A DNA stretch of 50,654 nucleotides from an uncultured PS1 clade bacterium (GTDB taxonomy: Bacteria > Pseudomonadota > Alphaproteobacteria > MED-G09). The stretch covers positions 1-50,654 of the forward strand of contig CACANC010000006.1 in assembly GCA_902533755.1 (NCBI GenBank), written 5' to 3'. A program made the position numbers and the translations under genes. Below, piece by piece: positions 40,305 to 49,582 of this stretch; the stretch's first letter is position 1; every line of letters starts with the position of its first letter. The notes beneath the pieces are model-generated. The model ran no database searches and had not been told where the DNA came from. It was given only the letters and a program-made list of their open reading frames with translations.

Positions 40305-41279
40305 ATGAGATTACTATTAGTTTTTTTTATAATTCTACTTTCTACTTCAATATCTTTTTCAGAAGATAGATTTTCTAATTCCGATGGTAAGAAGAATGAA
40401 AAAAGTCTTAGTGAAGTTCTAGAATGGAGTTGGAGTCGGGAAGAACCAAAAAAAGAATTTATTGAAACAAGTCAAATAATAGATTCTGAATTTTTTGAAG
40501 ATCGTAAATTTTATGCTTTATGGATTGGCCATTCTACATTTCTAGTTAATAATGGCGATATTACAATTTTATTTGATCCTATATTTTCGGATAGGGCTTC
40601 TCCATTATCTTTTGCTGGACCAAAAAGACTAATTAAACCTGCAATCGATATTAAAGATTTACCAAAAATTGATGTTATTACAATTAGTCATAATCATTAT
40701 GATCATCTTGATATCAATAGTTTAAGAAAAATACAAAAGAGATTTCCTAATGTTAAAATTTTAGTTCCAAAGGGTGATTTAAAGTTACTGAAAAAATATC
40801 AACTTGTTAATGGATACGAATTTATATGGTGGGAAGATAAAATAATAAGCAAAACAAAATTCACTTTCACTCCAGCACAGCATTGGTCAGCAAGAGGTCT
40901 TAGAGATAGAAATAAAAGTTTATGGGGCAGTTGGTTCATTGAAAACGATAATAAAAATATTTTCCATGCTGGTGATACAGGTTATTCAAAAGATTTTGTT
41001 GAGATAAAAAATAAACTTGGGTCAGTAGATTTTGCAATGATACCTATTGGTGCATATGATCCTGAATGGTTTATGAGTTATTCACATGTTACTCCAGAGG
41101 AAGCATTGAATATATCAATAGATCTTGATGCTAAAAAGAGTATAGGAATGCACTGGGGAACCTTTATATTAACTGATGAACCAGTTTTAGAGCCTAGGGA
41201 AAGATTGAAGAAAATAGCCTCTGAAACAAATATTAATTTTTACACAGTTGAGCCTGGAATAATAATTGAATTATATTAA
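40305..41279 (+). CDS. MBL-fold hydrolase, NAPE-PLD/RomA-like, exported
   Basis: WIGHST, SHNHYDHLD, PAQHWSARG, AGDTGY, MHWGTF. Confidence 0.9.
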   Translation: MRLLLVFFIILLSTSISFSEDRFSNSDGKKNEKSLSEVLEWSWSREEPKKEFIETSQIIDSEFFEDRKFYALWIGHSTFLVNNGDITILFDPIFSDRASPLSFAGPKRLIKPAIDIKDLPKIDVITISHNHYDHLDINSLRKIQKRFPNVKILVPKGDLKLLKKYQLVNGYEFIWWEDKIISKTKFTFTPAQHWSARGLRDRNKSLWGSWFIENDNKNIFHAGDTGYSKDFVEIKNKLGSVDFAMIPIGAYDPEWFMSYSHVTPEEALNISIDLDAKKSIGMHWGTFILTDEPVLEPRERLKKIASETNINFYTVEPGIIIELY

Positions 41280-41286
41280 TTAAACC

Positions 41287-42651
41287 CTATCTTCTTCCTT
41301 CAATATAATCATTTAATACCTCATGATATCTTCTAACCCTTCTTTCTTGATTGGTTAAAATTGCATCCGTAAAGCCTTTTGACTTGACGCCTTTTTGTTG
41401 ACCTATAGCCATACTGATATCTTGATCAGTAACATAACCCATGGAGCCTTCCGGATATATTACCCATTCATGCTCAGCAGGTCTCAATGGCCTTGGTCCA
41501 AGAGGTGTCTCGGTCATATTCTCTCCTGCAGTATTTTCAGTTGTATCTGACCCCATAAAAGTTGCTGAGGCTGATAATTGTTCCATATCTGGAACAAGCC
41601 ACCAATGCTCAAAAAGGCACTTTTCTGGATCTTTTGGATGTGGTTGAGGTCTTTGAAACTGAATCCCGTCAGGAGTCATAGTGATATCATAATTAGGAAA
41701 GCAATTATAAAAATAATAATCAGTCAATTGTTCATCGGTTAAAAATTCATAATGCCAAAAACCTCTATCTTTGGCTAATTTCCTCTTTTGCTCTTGTATA
41801 GCTAGTCTTGTTTCTTGAGCTTTACCTTTAAAATCCTTAGGATTGAGATCCCATGCCTCTAACGCAGCATCAAGAGGGAAATTAACTTCATTTGGTGATT
41901 GATCTCCCAATGCAGGTTTATGACCAGGCATAAGCATTCTGTTGTGACCATTATCATACATATCAAATTGCGAAAATTTATAATCATTTTCGATATGAAC
42001 TGATAGCTCAGGATGTAATGTTGGTAAATGATATGACTCATTAAAATTATCGTGAATTATCTTCCAATTACAATCAACTTCGCAAGTGAGATTTAAAACC
42101 CTTATATATTTCTCAGGCTGATAAGGACTCATATGGCTAATTAAGGGGTTAAGAGCTTCTTCAAACTTCTGAGGTTTTTCAGCAAGAGTAACCCAAACAA
42201 AACCGAGAGCAACTTCGCAATGAATTTCTTTTAATTTAATTTTTCCACAAGGGTTACCATCGTCAAAATCCTCAGGATCTTGAAGATTCCTTAAAATTCC
42301 CTCAGTATCGTACTCCCATCCATGATAAGTGCATTTAAATGTATCTAATGATCCATTTTCAACATGAACCAATATATTTCCTCTATGAGGACAAACATTG
42401 TAAAAAGCTTTTATAGAGTTATCTTTTTGACGAACCACTAATACTTCTTCCAAACCAATCTTATAGACAAAAAAATCATCTGGTTCTGGTATTTCAGATG
42501 CAATCCCTGCAATCTGCCATACCTTTGTCCACATATGGTCCCATTCTTTTTGCATAAATTCTTTTGAATAATATCTTTCACCTGAAATCCTATCTCCTCT
42601 TAGTTCAGGATCAGGGTGCTTATCTCTTGGCGTAGGTATAATTTTATTCAT
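41287..42651 (-). CDS. Rieske non-heme iron oxygenase alpha subunit
   Basis: CPH..CTYH; NFNESYHLPTLH; DQD. Confidence 0.95.
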   Translation of the reverse strand: MNKIIPTPRDKHPDPELRGDRISGERYYSKEFMQKEWDHMWTKVWQIAGIASEIPEPDDFFVYKIGLEEVLVVRQKDNSIKAFYNVCPHRGNILVHVENGSLDTFKCTYHGWEYDTEGILRNLQDPEDFDDGNPCGKIKLKEIHCEVALGFVWVTLAEKPQKFEEALNPLISHMSPYQPEKYIRVLNLTCEVDCNWKIIHDNFNESYHLPTLHPELSVHIENDYKFSQFDMYDNGHNRMLMPGHKPALGDQSPNEVNFPLDAALEAWDLNPKDFKGKAQETRLAIQEQKRKLAKDRGFWHYEFLTDEQLTDYYFYNCFPNYDITMTPDGIQFQRPQPHPKDPEKCLFEHWWLVPDMEQLSASATFMGSDTTENTAGENMTETPLGPRPLRPAEHEWVIYPEGSMGYVTDQDISMAIGQQKGVKSKGFTDAILTNQERRVRRYHEVLNDYIEGRR

Positions 42652-42656
42652 TATAA

Positions 42657-43055
42657 TTACTCTCCATAAAGATTGCTAAACGATCTCTTAGAAAATTTCC
42701 ATTCACCATTTTCTATAATGCATTCATCATCATATTGACCACAAGGTCGTAATTCAGTTCCATCAGGTAAAACTGCCGTTTCAATAGTATAGCTTCTCAT
42801 AGAAGCTTTATCGCCATTAATATTTATAAAACCAGGTTGGGCGATCATATGTACAAATGGGTACCCTTTCATGGCTTCATTCCAAACATTAATAATTGTT
42901 TCCTTGCCTTCATTTTTGATATCTAAATGTGGAATTTCCCAGATAGCATTTTCTGACCATGTACTGCCCCAGATGCTAGCATCTCTTTGATTAACACCGT
43001 CACAATATCGATCTAAAAGCTCTCTTATAGCTAATTTTTCTTCCATAATACTCAT
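42657..43055 (-). CDS. SnoaL-like/NTF2 family protein
   Basis: EKLAIRELLDRYCDGV, WGSTW, GQYDDE, WKFSKR; paralog of 34181-34591. Confidence 0.88.
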   Translation of the reverse strand: MSIMEEKLAIRELLDRYCDGVNQRDASIWGSTWSENAIWEIPHLDIKNEGKETIINVWNEAMKGYPFVHMIAQPGFININGDKASMRSYTIETAVLPDGTELRPCGQYDDECIIENGEWKFSKRSFSNLYGE

Positions 43056-43227
43056 AGAAAACCCCCTTTTTTATTAATTACTAAGCTCAATTAATTTATA
43101 GTCTAGGTTAAAATATAATGAAATTACAGTTTTTTTTGAGTAAAAAATTGTTTCAAAAAATATCATTTTTTCTTGCTAAAATTAAAAATTAACATAAAAA
43201 CTAGGGAATGCTATATATAGTGTTGTT

Positions 43228-44646
43228 ATGAGTGAAATAAAAAAAGAAAACCAAAAGCTTTCAGTTGTTAAAACGGGTGACGAAAGATCGCCAGATATAA
43301 GCTATACAGAATACTTAATGGAAGATGCAAAAACAGTACCTGAATTTATGGTTGAAGAAACTTATGAATATCTTGGCTCTGAAGATATAGATACTTCCAG
43401 ATATATTTCTAAAGAATTTTTTGAAAAAGAAAGAGACTGCATGTGGACTAGAGTCTGGCAATTTGCTTGCAGAGTAGAGGATATTCCTGAAGTTGGTGAT
43501 AGTCTTGTTTACGATATACTTGATTGGTCTTTTTTAATTGTGAGATCTGAGGAAGATAAAATTCAAGCTTTTTATAATAGCTGTTTGCACAGAGGAAGAA
43601 GAATTAAGACTGAACGCGGATTTGGTAAAGATTTACAATGTCCTTTCCATGGTTTTTGTTGGAATTTAGATGGATCATTAAAATTTACTCCTGCTCCATG
43701 GGATTTTCAGCACATAAAAGATAGAGATTTTAAACTTCCAGAAGTTAGAGTTGAGATTTGGGAAGGTTTTGTATTTATTAATATGGATGATAAAGCTGTC
43801 TCACTAGAAGAATACCTTGCCCCTCTTCCGGAACATCATAAAAGATGGAATCTAGGTGATTGTAAAAAAGTTATTCATGTTTCAAAAGTAGTTCCAGGTA
43901 ATTGGAAGACAGTTCAAGAAGCATTTATGGAGTCTTTTCATGCAACATTAATTCATCCTGAAATTTTACCTTTCCAGGCAGATGAAAATGCACGTTATGA
44001 TATTTACGGCGATCATATGAATAGAAATATTGCTTTAACAGGAAAACCAAGTCCAAATCTTAAAAATGTAGATGAGCAGGAAATACTAGACACCATTTTT
44101 TACGGATCTGGTCGAATGGCTGCAGATGATAAGATTCTTGTTCCAGAAGGCGAAGAAGCTAGAAAGGTTGCAGCTCAAGCTATGAGAGATGCCTTTAAAG
44201 AATCCGATGGGCATGATTACTCTGATAAATCAGATGCAGAAATGCTTGATGCAATAGTTTATAATGTATTTCCAAATTTTTCACCTTGGGGTGGCTTTCC
44301 AAGAAACCTTATCTATAGATTTCGACCAAATGGAAATAGAGAAGACTCTGCAATAATGGAAGCTATGTTTTTGCAAAGAAATCATAAAGATCCTGATAAG
44401 CAAGAAAAATATGAACCAATCCCAATACATTATCTTAATGAAGATGAAAACTGGGACGATGCTGAAGAATTAACTGGTATAGGTTTTATTTTTGATCAAG
44501 ATATGGGTAATATACCTGAGGTTGAAAGAGGTATTCGAGCTAGTAAATCTGGTAAATTAACATATGCAAATTATCAAGAAAGTAGGCTTAGACATTACCA
44601 TCAAACAATGGATAAATATATTGCAAAGGGTCCTTTTAAGCCTTAA
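43228..44646 (+). CDS. Rieske non-heme iron oxygenase alpha subunit
   Basis: CLH..CPFH; AFMESFHATLIH; DQD. Confidence 0.95.
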   Translation: MSEIKKENQKLSVVKTGDERSPDISYTEYLMEDAKTVPEFMVEETYEYLGSEDIDTSRYISKEFFEKERDCMWTRVWQFACRVEDIPEVGDSLVYDILDWSFLIVRSEEDKIQAFYNSCLHRGRRIKTERGFGKDLQCPFHGFCWNLDGSLKFTPAPWDFQHIKDRDFKLPEVRVEIWEGFVFINMDDKAVSLEEYLAPLPEHHKRWNLGDCKKVIHVSKVVPGNWKTVQEAFMESFHATLIHPEILPFQADENARYDIYGDHMNRNIALTGKPSPNLKNVDEQEILDTIFYGSGRMAADDKILVPEGEEARKVAAQAMRDAFKESDGHDYSDKSDAEMLDAIVYNVFPNFSPWGGFPRNLIYRFRPNGNREDSAIMEAMFLQRNHKDPDKQEKYEPIPIHYLNEDENWDDAEELTGIGFIFDQDMGNIPEVERGIRASKSGKLTYANYQESRLRHYHQTMDKYIAKGPFKP

Positions 44647-45407
44647 GCAGTACTTCCTCCATCAACAGTATAAATAGAGCCTGTAACAAAAGAACTATCA
44701 TCGCTTGCAAGAAAAAGCATTACTTTGGCTACATCTTCGGGTTCACCATATCTACCTAATGGAATATTTGACTCCATAAGACCTTTTGCTTGCTCAGACT
44801 CACCCGGCATCAAGCCTTCCTCTAGACTTCTCATCATTCTTGTCTCAACCGGAGAAGGGTTAACTGTGTTTACTCTTATATTTTTGTCAGCACACTCTTT
44901 TGCAGCAGATTTCATTAAACCAATTACTGCATGCTTACTTGTTGCATAGGCACCTATTTGTGGTGCACCAGATAAACCTGCTATACTAGAAGTTATAATA
45001 AAACTTCCGCCTCCTCTATCAGTTAGTGCCGGAATGGATGCCTTTAAGCCTAAAAAAGGCCCTTTCACATTTACAGCCATGACTTGATCAAATTTTTCAA
45101 TATCATAATCTTCTAAATTTTTAACATCACCTTCAATACCAGCATTTGCAACAAAAATATCAAGACCGCCAAATTTCTCTTTTGCTATTTCTACAGCTCT
45201 TAAATTATCCTCAATAGATGTTACGTCACCTGCGCAATAGCTGAGGTGATTAGAGCCAATTTCTTGGCACAAGTTTTTTAAATCGTTTTCATTTAAATCA
45301 AAAAGTAATACATCAGAGCCTTCATTTAAAAATTCTAATGCTGTTGCTTTTCCTATTCCGCCAGCACCGCCAGTAATTATCGCTACCTTATTATCTAATT
45401 TTTTCAT
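44643..45407 (-). CDS. Classical SDR oxidoreductase
   Basis: TGGAGGIG, ANAG, YATSK, NIRVN, DGG. Confidence 0.93.
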   Translation of the reverse strand: MKKLDNKVAIITGGAGGIGKATALEFLNEGSDVLLFDLNENDLKNLCQEIGSNHLSYCAGDVTSIEDNLRAVEIAKEKFGGLDIFVANAGIEGDVKNLEDYDIEKFDQVMAVNVKGPFLGLKASIPALTDRGGGSFIITSSIAGLSGAPQIGAYATSKHAVIGLMKSAAKECADKNIRVNTVNPSPVETRMMRSLEEGLMPGESEQAKGLMESNIPLGRYGEPEDVAKVMLFLASDDSSFVTGSIYTVDGGSTA

Positions 45408-45419
45408 CGTAAAAATATA

Positions 45420-46307
45420 CTAAGAAGTGTCTTTAACTAAATTGCTTTGTGAGGGAAGTGATGAAAAATCATCTCTTTCTTCACCAAAAATTCTTTCAGG
45501 ACTTACTGAATCCATTGTTCCTTTTTTATCATCAGGGTCAGTGTAAAAACCAAGAACATATCCACCTTTTGAATATCCAATAAGGGCTCTTAATTCAGGT
45601 GAAAAATTCTTAGCTACTTCAGGAGGGTGAGATAGATATTGATTCTCCTCTTGCCTTAGCCAGTTCAAGGCATAATGCATAAAAACTCCAGTTCTAATCT
45701 CATTATTAGTAGAGTTTTTTCCACCTCCGTGAAGAACAGTTCCAGTATATAGCAATACTGAACCAGAAGACATTTCAGCATAAGCAATTTCATCCTTGTC
45801 AGGAACTCTATCTTTATCCCAATTATGTGAACCTGGAACAACTTGTGTAGCACCATTTTCTTTTGTGAAATCAGTTAAAGCCCAAATTGTACTGAAATGA
45901 GTTTCTATTTTTCTTGGAATATATCCACCCCATATTCCTCTATCTCGGTGAAGTATCTGTTTTGATTCTCCAGGACCAATACTGACAGCAGAAGTGAAGT
46001 GAAGTTGGTACCCATCACCATAAGGTTCAAGGAAATTACAAGCTAGATTATTTATTAGGGGATGAAGAGCTAGATTTTGACAACCTACTGATCTTGCTAA
46101 CAAGCCTCCTACTCTTTTAGTCTCAAAACCAGTAAATTCAGTCTTTCCTTTAATATAATTATTTAAATATGGATCTAGTTCATCTTTAATCTGACTTAAT
46201 AAATCATTATCTAGAACATCATCTAAGATTAATGCCGCATCTTGATCAATGACACTCAAAATATCCTCTTGAGATGCATCTGCTTTCAAGTGTTTTATAT
46301 CAGCCAT
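45420..46307 (-). CDS. Phytanoyl-CoA dioxygenase (PhyH) family Fe(II)/2OG enzyme
   Basis: QILHRD, ALTDFTKENGATQVVPGSH, LHGGG, WLRQEENQYL. Confidence 0.92.
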   Translation of the reverse strand: MADIKHLKADASQEDILSVIDQDAALILDDVLDNDLLSQIKDELDPYLNNYIKGKTEFTGFETKRVGGLLARSVGCQNLALHPLINNLACNFLEPYGDGYQLHFTSAVSIGPGESKQILHRDRGIWGGYIPRKIETHFSTIWALTDFTKENGATQVVPGSHNWDKDRVPDKDEIAYAEMSSGSVLLYTGTVLHGGGKNSTNNEIRTGVFMHYALNWLRQEENQYLSHPPEVAKNFSPELRALIGYSKGGYVLGFYTDPDDKKGTMDSVSPERIFGEERDDFSSLPSQSNLVKDTS

Positions 46308-46310
46308 TTA

Positions 46311-46763
46311 TCAAATCCATCGCCTAACTTTTTTCATATATACTGTGAATTCTTCACCAAAAAGCTCAAGCATCGCATTCTCTTCAGGAATAATTTGAAA
46401 ATAAGTAATATATCCAACAAATAAAGGTAAGAATATTAAACCTACAATTAAACCGTTATAAATAGATAAACCTAATAAAAACAATAACATACCTAAATAC
46501 ATAGGGTTACGTGTAATCTTAAAAAAACCATCAGTTACTAATTTAGATGTCTCATTAGGCTTCATAGGATTAACTGTTGTATCTTTCTTTTTAAAATTTC
46601 TTGCTGATGAAAAAGTTACAATAAAACCTAATACTATAAAAAATATTGAAATATATATTTTAAAAGGTAAATTGATATATGCAAAATTGTCTGAAAAATA
46701 GAAAATCATAATAGCAAATAATATTGTTACTATTGGTGGTGGTATTTTTGTATTCAAAAACAT
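46311..46763 (-). CDS. Isoprenylcysteine carboxyl methyltransferase family membrane protein
   Basis: KIPPP, TTVNP, TRNPMYLG, QIIPEE, VRRWI. Confidence 0.9.
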   Translation of the reverse strand: MFLNTKIPPPIVTILFAIMIFYFSDNFAYINLPFKIYISIFFIVLGFIVTFSSARNFKKKDTTVNPMKPNETSKLVTDGFFKITRNPMYLGMLLFLLGLSIYNGLIVGLIFLPLFVGYITYFQIIPEENAMLELFGEEFTVYMKKVRRWI

Positions 46764-47173
46764 TATTGCTGACGAACTCCTCTAGAAACTAATCTATGAC
46801 GATATATTTTCCAATCCCCATCAACTCTCCTCATATCTGTTTCATATGTTGCCCAAAGAGTAAGTATTTCACCCTCGGGTTCTTTAAGGTAATGTAAAGC
46901 CTGAACATCTGTTCTGCAGTGGGCGTCATCGCCATTAATTGAGGCAAGTTGGGGGCCTAGCATATGTTGAGTAGGACCATAATTTGAGAGTGCACCTTTC
47001 ACATATTCAACCCAATTATCTCTTCCATTTATAGCTTCTTCACCAAAATCTAAAATCTCGACATCTTCGATAAAACATGAAGAATAAAGATTAAAATCAC
47101 GCTCATCAACACCTGCTGCATATCTAAGCATAACATCTTGTAAAGCAATTCTATCCGCTACATGATCAGTCAT
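46763..47173 (-). CDS. SnoaL-like/NTF2 family protein (LinA/BaiE-like)
   Basis: DRIALQD..YAAGVDERD, TQHMLG, WKI; start moved to ATG 47173 behind AGGGGAA. Confidence 0.88.
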   Translation of the reverse strand: MTDHVADRIALQDVMLRYAAGVDERDFNLYSSCFIEDVEILDFGEEAINGRDNWVEYVKGALSNYGPTQHMLGPQLASINGDDAHCRTDVQALHYLKEPEGEILTLWATYETDMRRVDGDWKIYRHRLVSRGVRQQ

Positions 47174-47253
47174 AGTCTTCCCCTTTAAAAATATATTTTT
47201 ATTTAAGCATAAATTTTGGCATAATTTAAATAATAAGTGAGAATAATAAAACA

Positions 47254-48411
47254 ATGCCAGAAATAAAACCTTTCAAAATTGAAGTTACTGATCAAGATAT
47301 AAATGAATTAAGAAACAGAATCGAATATACCCGATGGCCAGAAAAAGAAACTGTAAACGACTGGAACCAAGGTACCCCTTTATCTTATATGAAAGAAGTT
47401 AGTGAATATTGGATTAATAACTATAACTGGAGAGAAAGAGAAAAATATTATAATTCTTTTGATCAGTATATTACGACTATAGATGAACTTAATATTCATT
47501 TCGTTCATGTTAAAAGTGAAATTGAAAACGCAACACCATTAATTATGAGTCATGGTTGGCCTGGTTCAATTGTAGAATTTCATAAAATAATAAAACCTCT
47601 TGTTGATCCTCTTAATTATGGAGGAAAGAAAGAGGATGCATTCCATGTTGTTTGCCCTTCTCTTCCTGGATACGGATTTTCTAGTAAACCGACAAAGAAC
47701 GGAACAGGAGTTGATAAAATTGCTGACATTTGGGATCAACTAATGATTAAAATTGGTTATAAAAATTACTTCGCACAGGGTGGTGATTGGGGCTCAGCCA
47801 TAACAATTGCTATTGGAAAGCAAAACAAAGGTAATTGTTTAGGACTACATGTTAACATGCCTTTTGCTCCACCAACTAAGGAGGCTATAGAAAATCCAAG
47901 TGAAAGAGATAAAATTGCATTTGAAGGCTTAAATTATTATCAAGAATGGGGTTCTGGTTATTCAAAGCAACAAAGTACAAGACCACAAACCTTAGGGTAT
48001 AGCTTAGTCGACTCGCCAATAGGTCAAGCAGCTTGGATAATTGAAAAATTTTATGAATGGACTGACTGTGATGGTCATCCCGAAAATATACTCACAAAGG
48101 AAGAATTAATTGATAATATTATGTTTTACTGGTTAACAAAAAGCGGTGCGTCTTCAGCACGCCTTTATTGGGAGAGCTTTGGATCATTTGGAGGTAATCC
48201 TGATGAAAAACTTTCATTACCAATTGGTTGTAGTATCTTTCCAAAAGAAATTTCTCGTACGCCCAGAGCCTGGGCAGAGCAAGTTTATTCTAATATTGTC
48301 TATTGGAACGAATTAGACAAAGGGGGTCATTTTGCAGCCTTTGAGCAACCCGAACTTTTTATAAATGAAATAAGAAATTGTTTTAGAACAATACGAGACA
48401 ATTTGTCTTAA
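47254..48411 (+). CDS. Epoxide hydrolase (microsomal type, EHN domain)
   Basis: HGWPGS, PSLPGYGFS, QGGDWG, GGHFAAFEQP. Confidence 0.93.
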   Translation: MPEIKPFKIEVTDQDINELRNRIEYTRWPEKETVNDWNQGTPLSYMKEVSEYWINNYNWREREKYYNSFDQYITTIDELNIHFVHVKSEIENATPLIMSHGWPGSIVEFHKIIKPLVDPLNYGGKKEDAFHVVCPSLPGYGFSSKPTKNGTGVDKIADIWDQLMIKIGYKNYFAQGGDWGSAITIAIGKQNKGNCLGLHVNMPFAPPTKEAIENPSERDKIAFEGLNYYQEWGSGYSKQQSTRPQTLGYSLVDSPIGQAAWIIEKFYEWTDCDGHPENILTKEELIDNIMFYWLTKSGASSARLYWESFGSFGGNPDEKLSLPIGCSIFPKEISRTPRAWAEQVYSNIVYWNELDKGGHFAAFEQPELFINEIRNCFRTIRDNLS

Positions 48412-48474
48412 TTAATTAATTGTACTTTAAATAAAAAAACATATTTTCCATTATTAGTAGGTAGGGAGCAGCTA

Positions 48475-49581
48475 ATGATTAGAGTATTCTTAATTTTTTC
48501 AACTTTATTTTTCTCATACAACCTTTCGGCTATGTCGAAAGCTATTGGACATGGCCCTATAGGTTTAATGGCTGACCATTTTCATAAAAAAGGGGAATGG
48601 ATGATATCTGTTAAAGTATCAAATATGGAAATGAAAAAAAATATGCTTAACGGTAATACAGTTGCTGATAAAGAAATTCTACAACAGCCAAATCCATTTT
48701 CTGAAATGCCAATGATGCATAATGATTCATATTTTAAAACTCATAGACACCCACATATGGATGAACCTAAAATGCCGGCTGAACTTAGTGTTATTCCTAG
48801 AAAAATGACAATGAAAATGATTATGCTTGGCGCAATGTATGCGCCATCTGATAAAGTAACTCTGATGGGCATGGTCATGTTCAATGATAAAGAAATGAAT
48901 TTAGATACATATAGAGGAATGATGAATAGAAATTATTTAGGTTCTTTCGAAACTTCATCTTCAGATTTATCAAAAATATCATTATCAGCATTAATTAATC
49001 TTCATGAAAATGAAAGTGTAAGATGGCATTTAATAGGCGGATTGGAAAAAAGTATTGGCGAAAATGCAAAAAAGGGAATGGTATTAACGCCAATGAATAC
49101 AAATACTTCGATTACTTTACCATACGGCATGCAACCAAGCGATAAAGCTTTAAGGTTATTAACTGGAATTACAAATGTTAACAACATAAATGGTTTTGTT
49201 TTAGGGAATCAGATTTTGTTTAGAAAAAGTATAGAAGAAGAAAACTGGAATTTTGGCGATGAATTTGAATATAACCTGTGGTTTCAAGGCTCTTTTAATA
49301 ACAATATTTCGTATTCATTAAGGTTAAATTATTTAGATACCGATACAATAGAAGGTAAAGATAAAAATATCATGGCTCCAATACAAACAGCAAATCCATA
49401 TAATTATGGCGGTGAAATTTTAAATCTTGGTGTGGGGTTGAATTTCATAACTAATTTTTTACCTGGAAAACACTCTGATCGATTGGCAATCGAATTCATA
49501 CTTCCAATTGATCAAGATAAAAATGGTTTACAGATGAAGAATGAAGCCAAATTTATAATAGGTTTTCAAAAATCATTATAA
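48475..49581 (+). CDS. Putative outer-membrane beta-barrel transporter with a Met/His-rich N-terminal half
   Basis: Signal peptide; HGPIGLMADHFHKKGEWM; MLGAMYAPSDKVTLM; LPYGMQ; C-terminal NGLQM..IGFQKSL. Confidence 0.65.
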   Translation: MIRVFLIFSTLFFSYNLSAMSKAIGHGPIGLMADHFHKKGEWMISVKVSNMEMKKNMLNGNTVADKEILQQPNPFSEMPMMHNDSYFKTHRHPHMDEPKMPAELSVIPRKMTMKMIMLGAMYAPSDKVTLMGMVMFNDKEMNLDTYRGMMNRNYLGSFETSSSDLSKISLSALINLHENESVRWHLIGGLEKSIGENAKKGMVLTPMNTNTSITLPYGMQPSDKALRLLTGITNVNNINGFVLGNQILFRKSIEEENWNFGDEFEYNLWFQGSFNNNISYSLRLNYLDTDTIEGKDKNIMAPIQTANPYNYGGEILNLGVGLNFITNFLPGKHSDRLAIEFILPIDQDKNGLQMKNEAKFIIGFQKSL

Positions 49582-49582
49582 G

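Noticed and set aside
47174-47254. N-terminal extension of the third SnoaL in the ORF track
   Set aside because: Spans the divergent promoter region; RBS and domain start support ATG 47173
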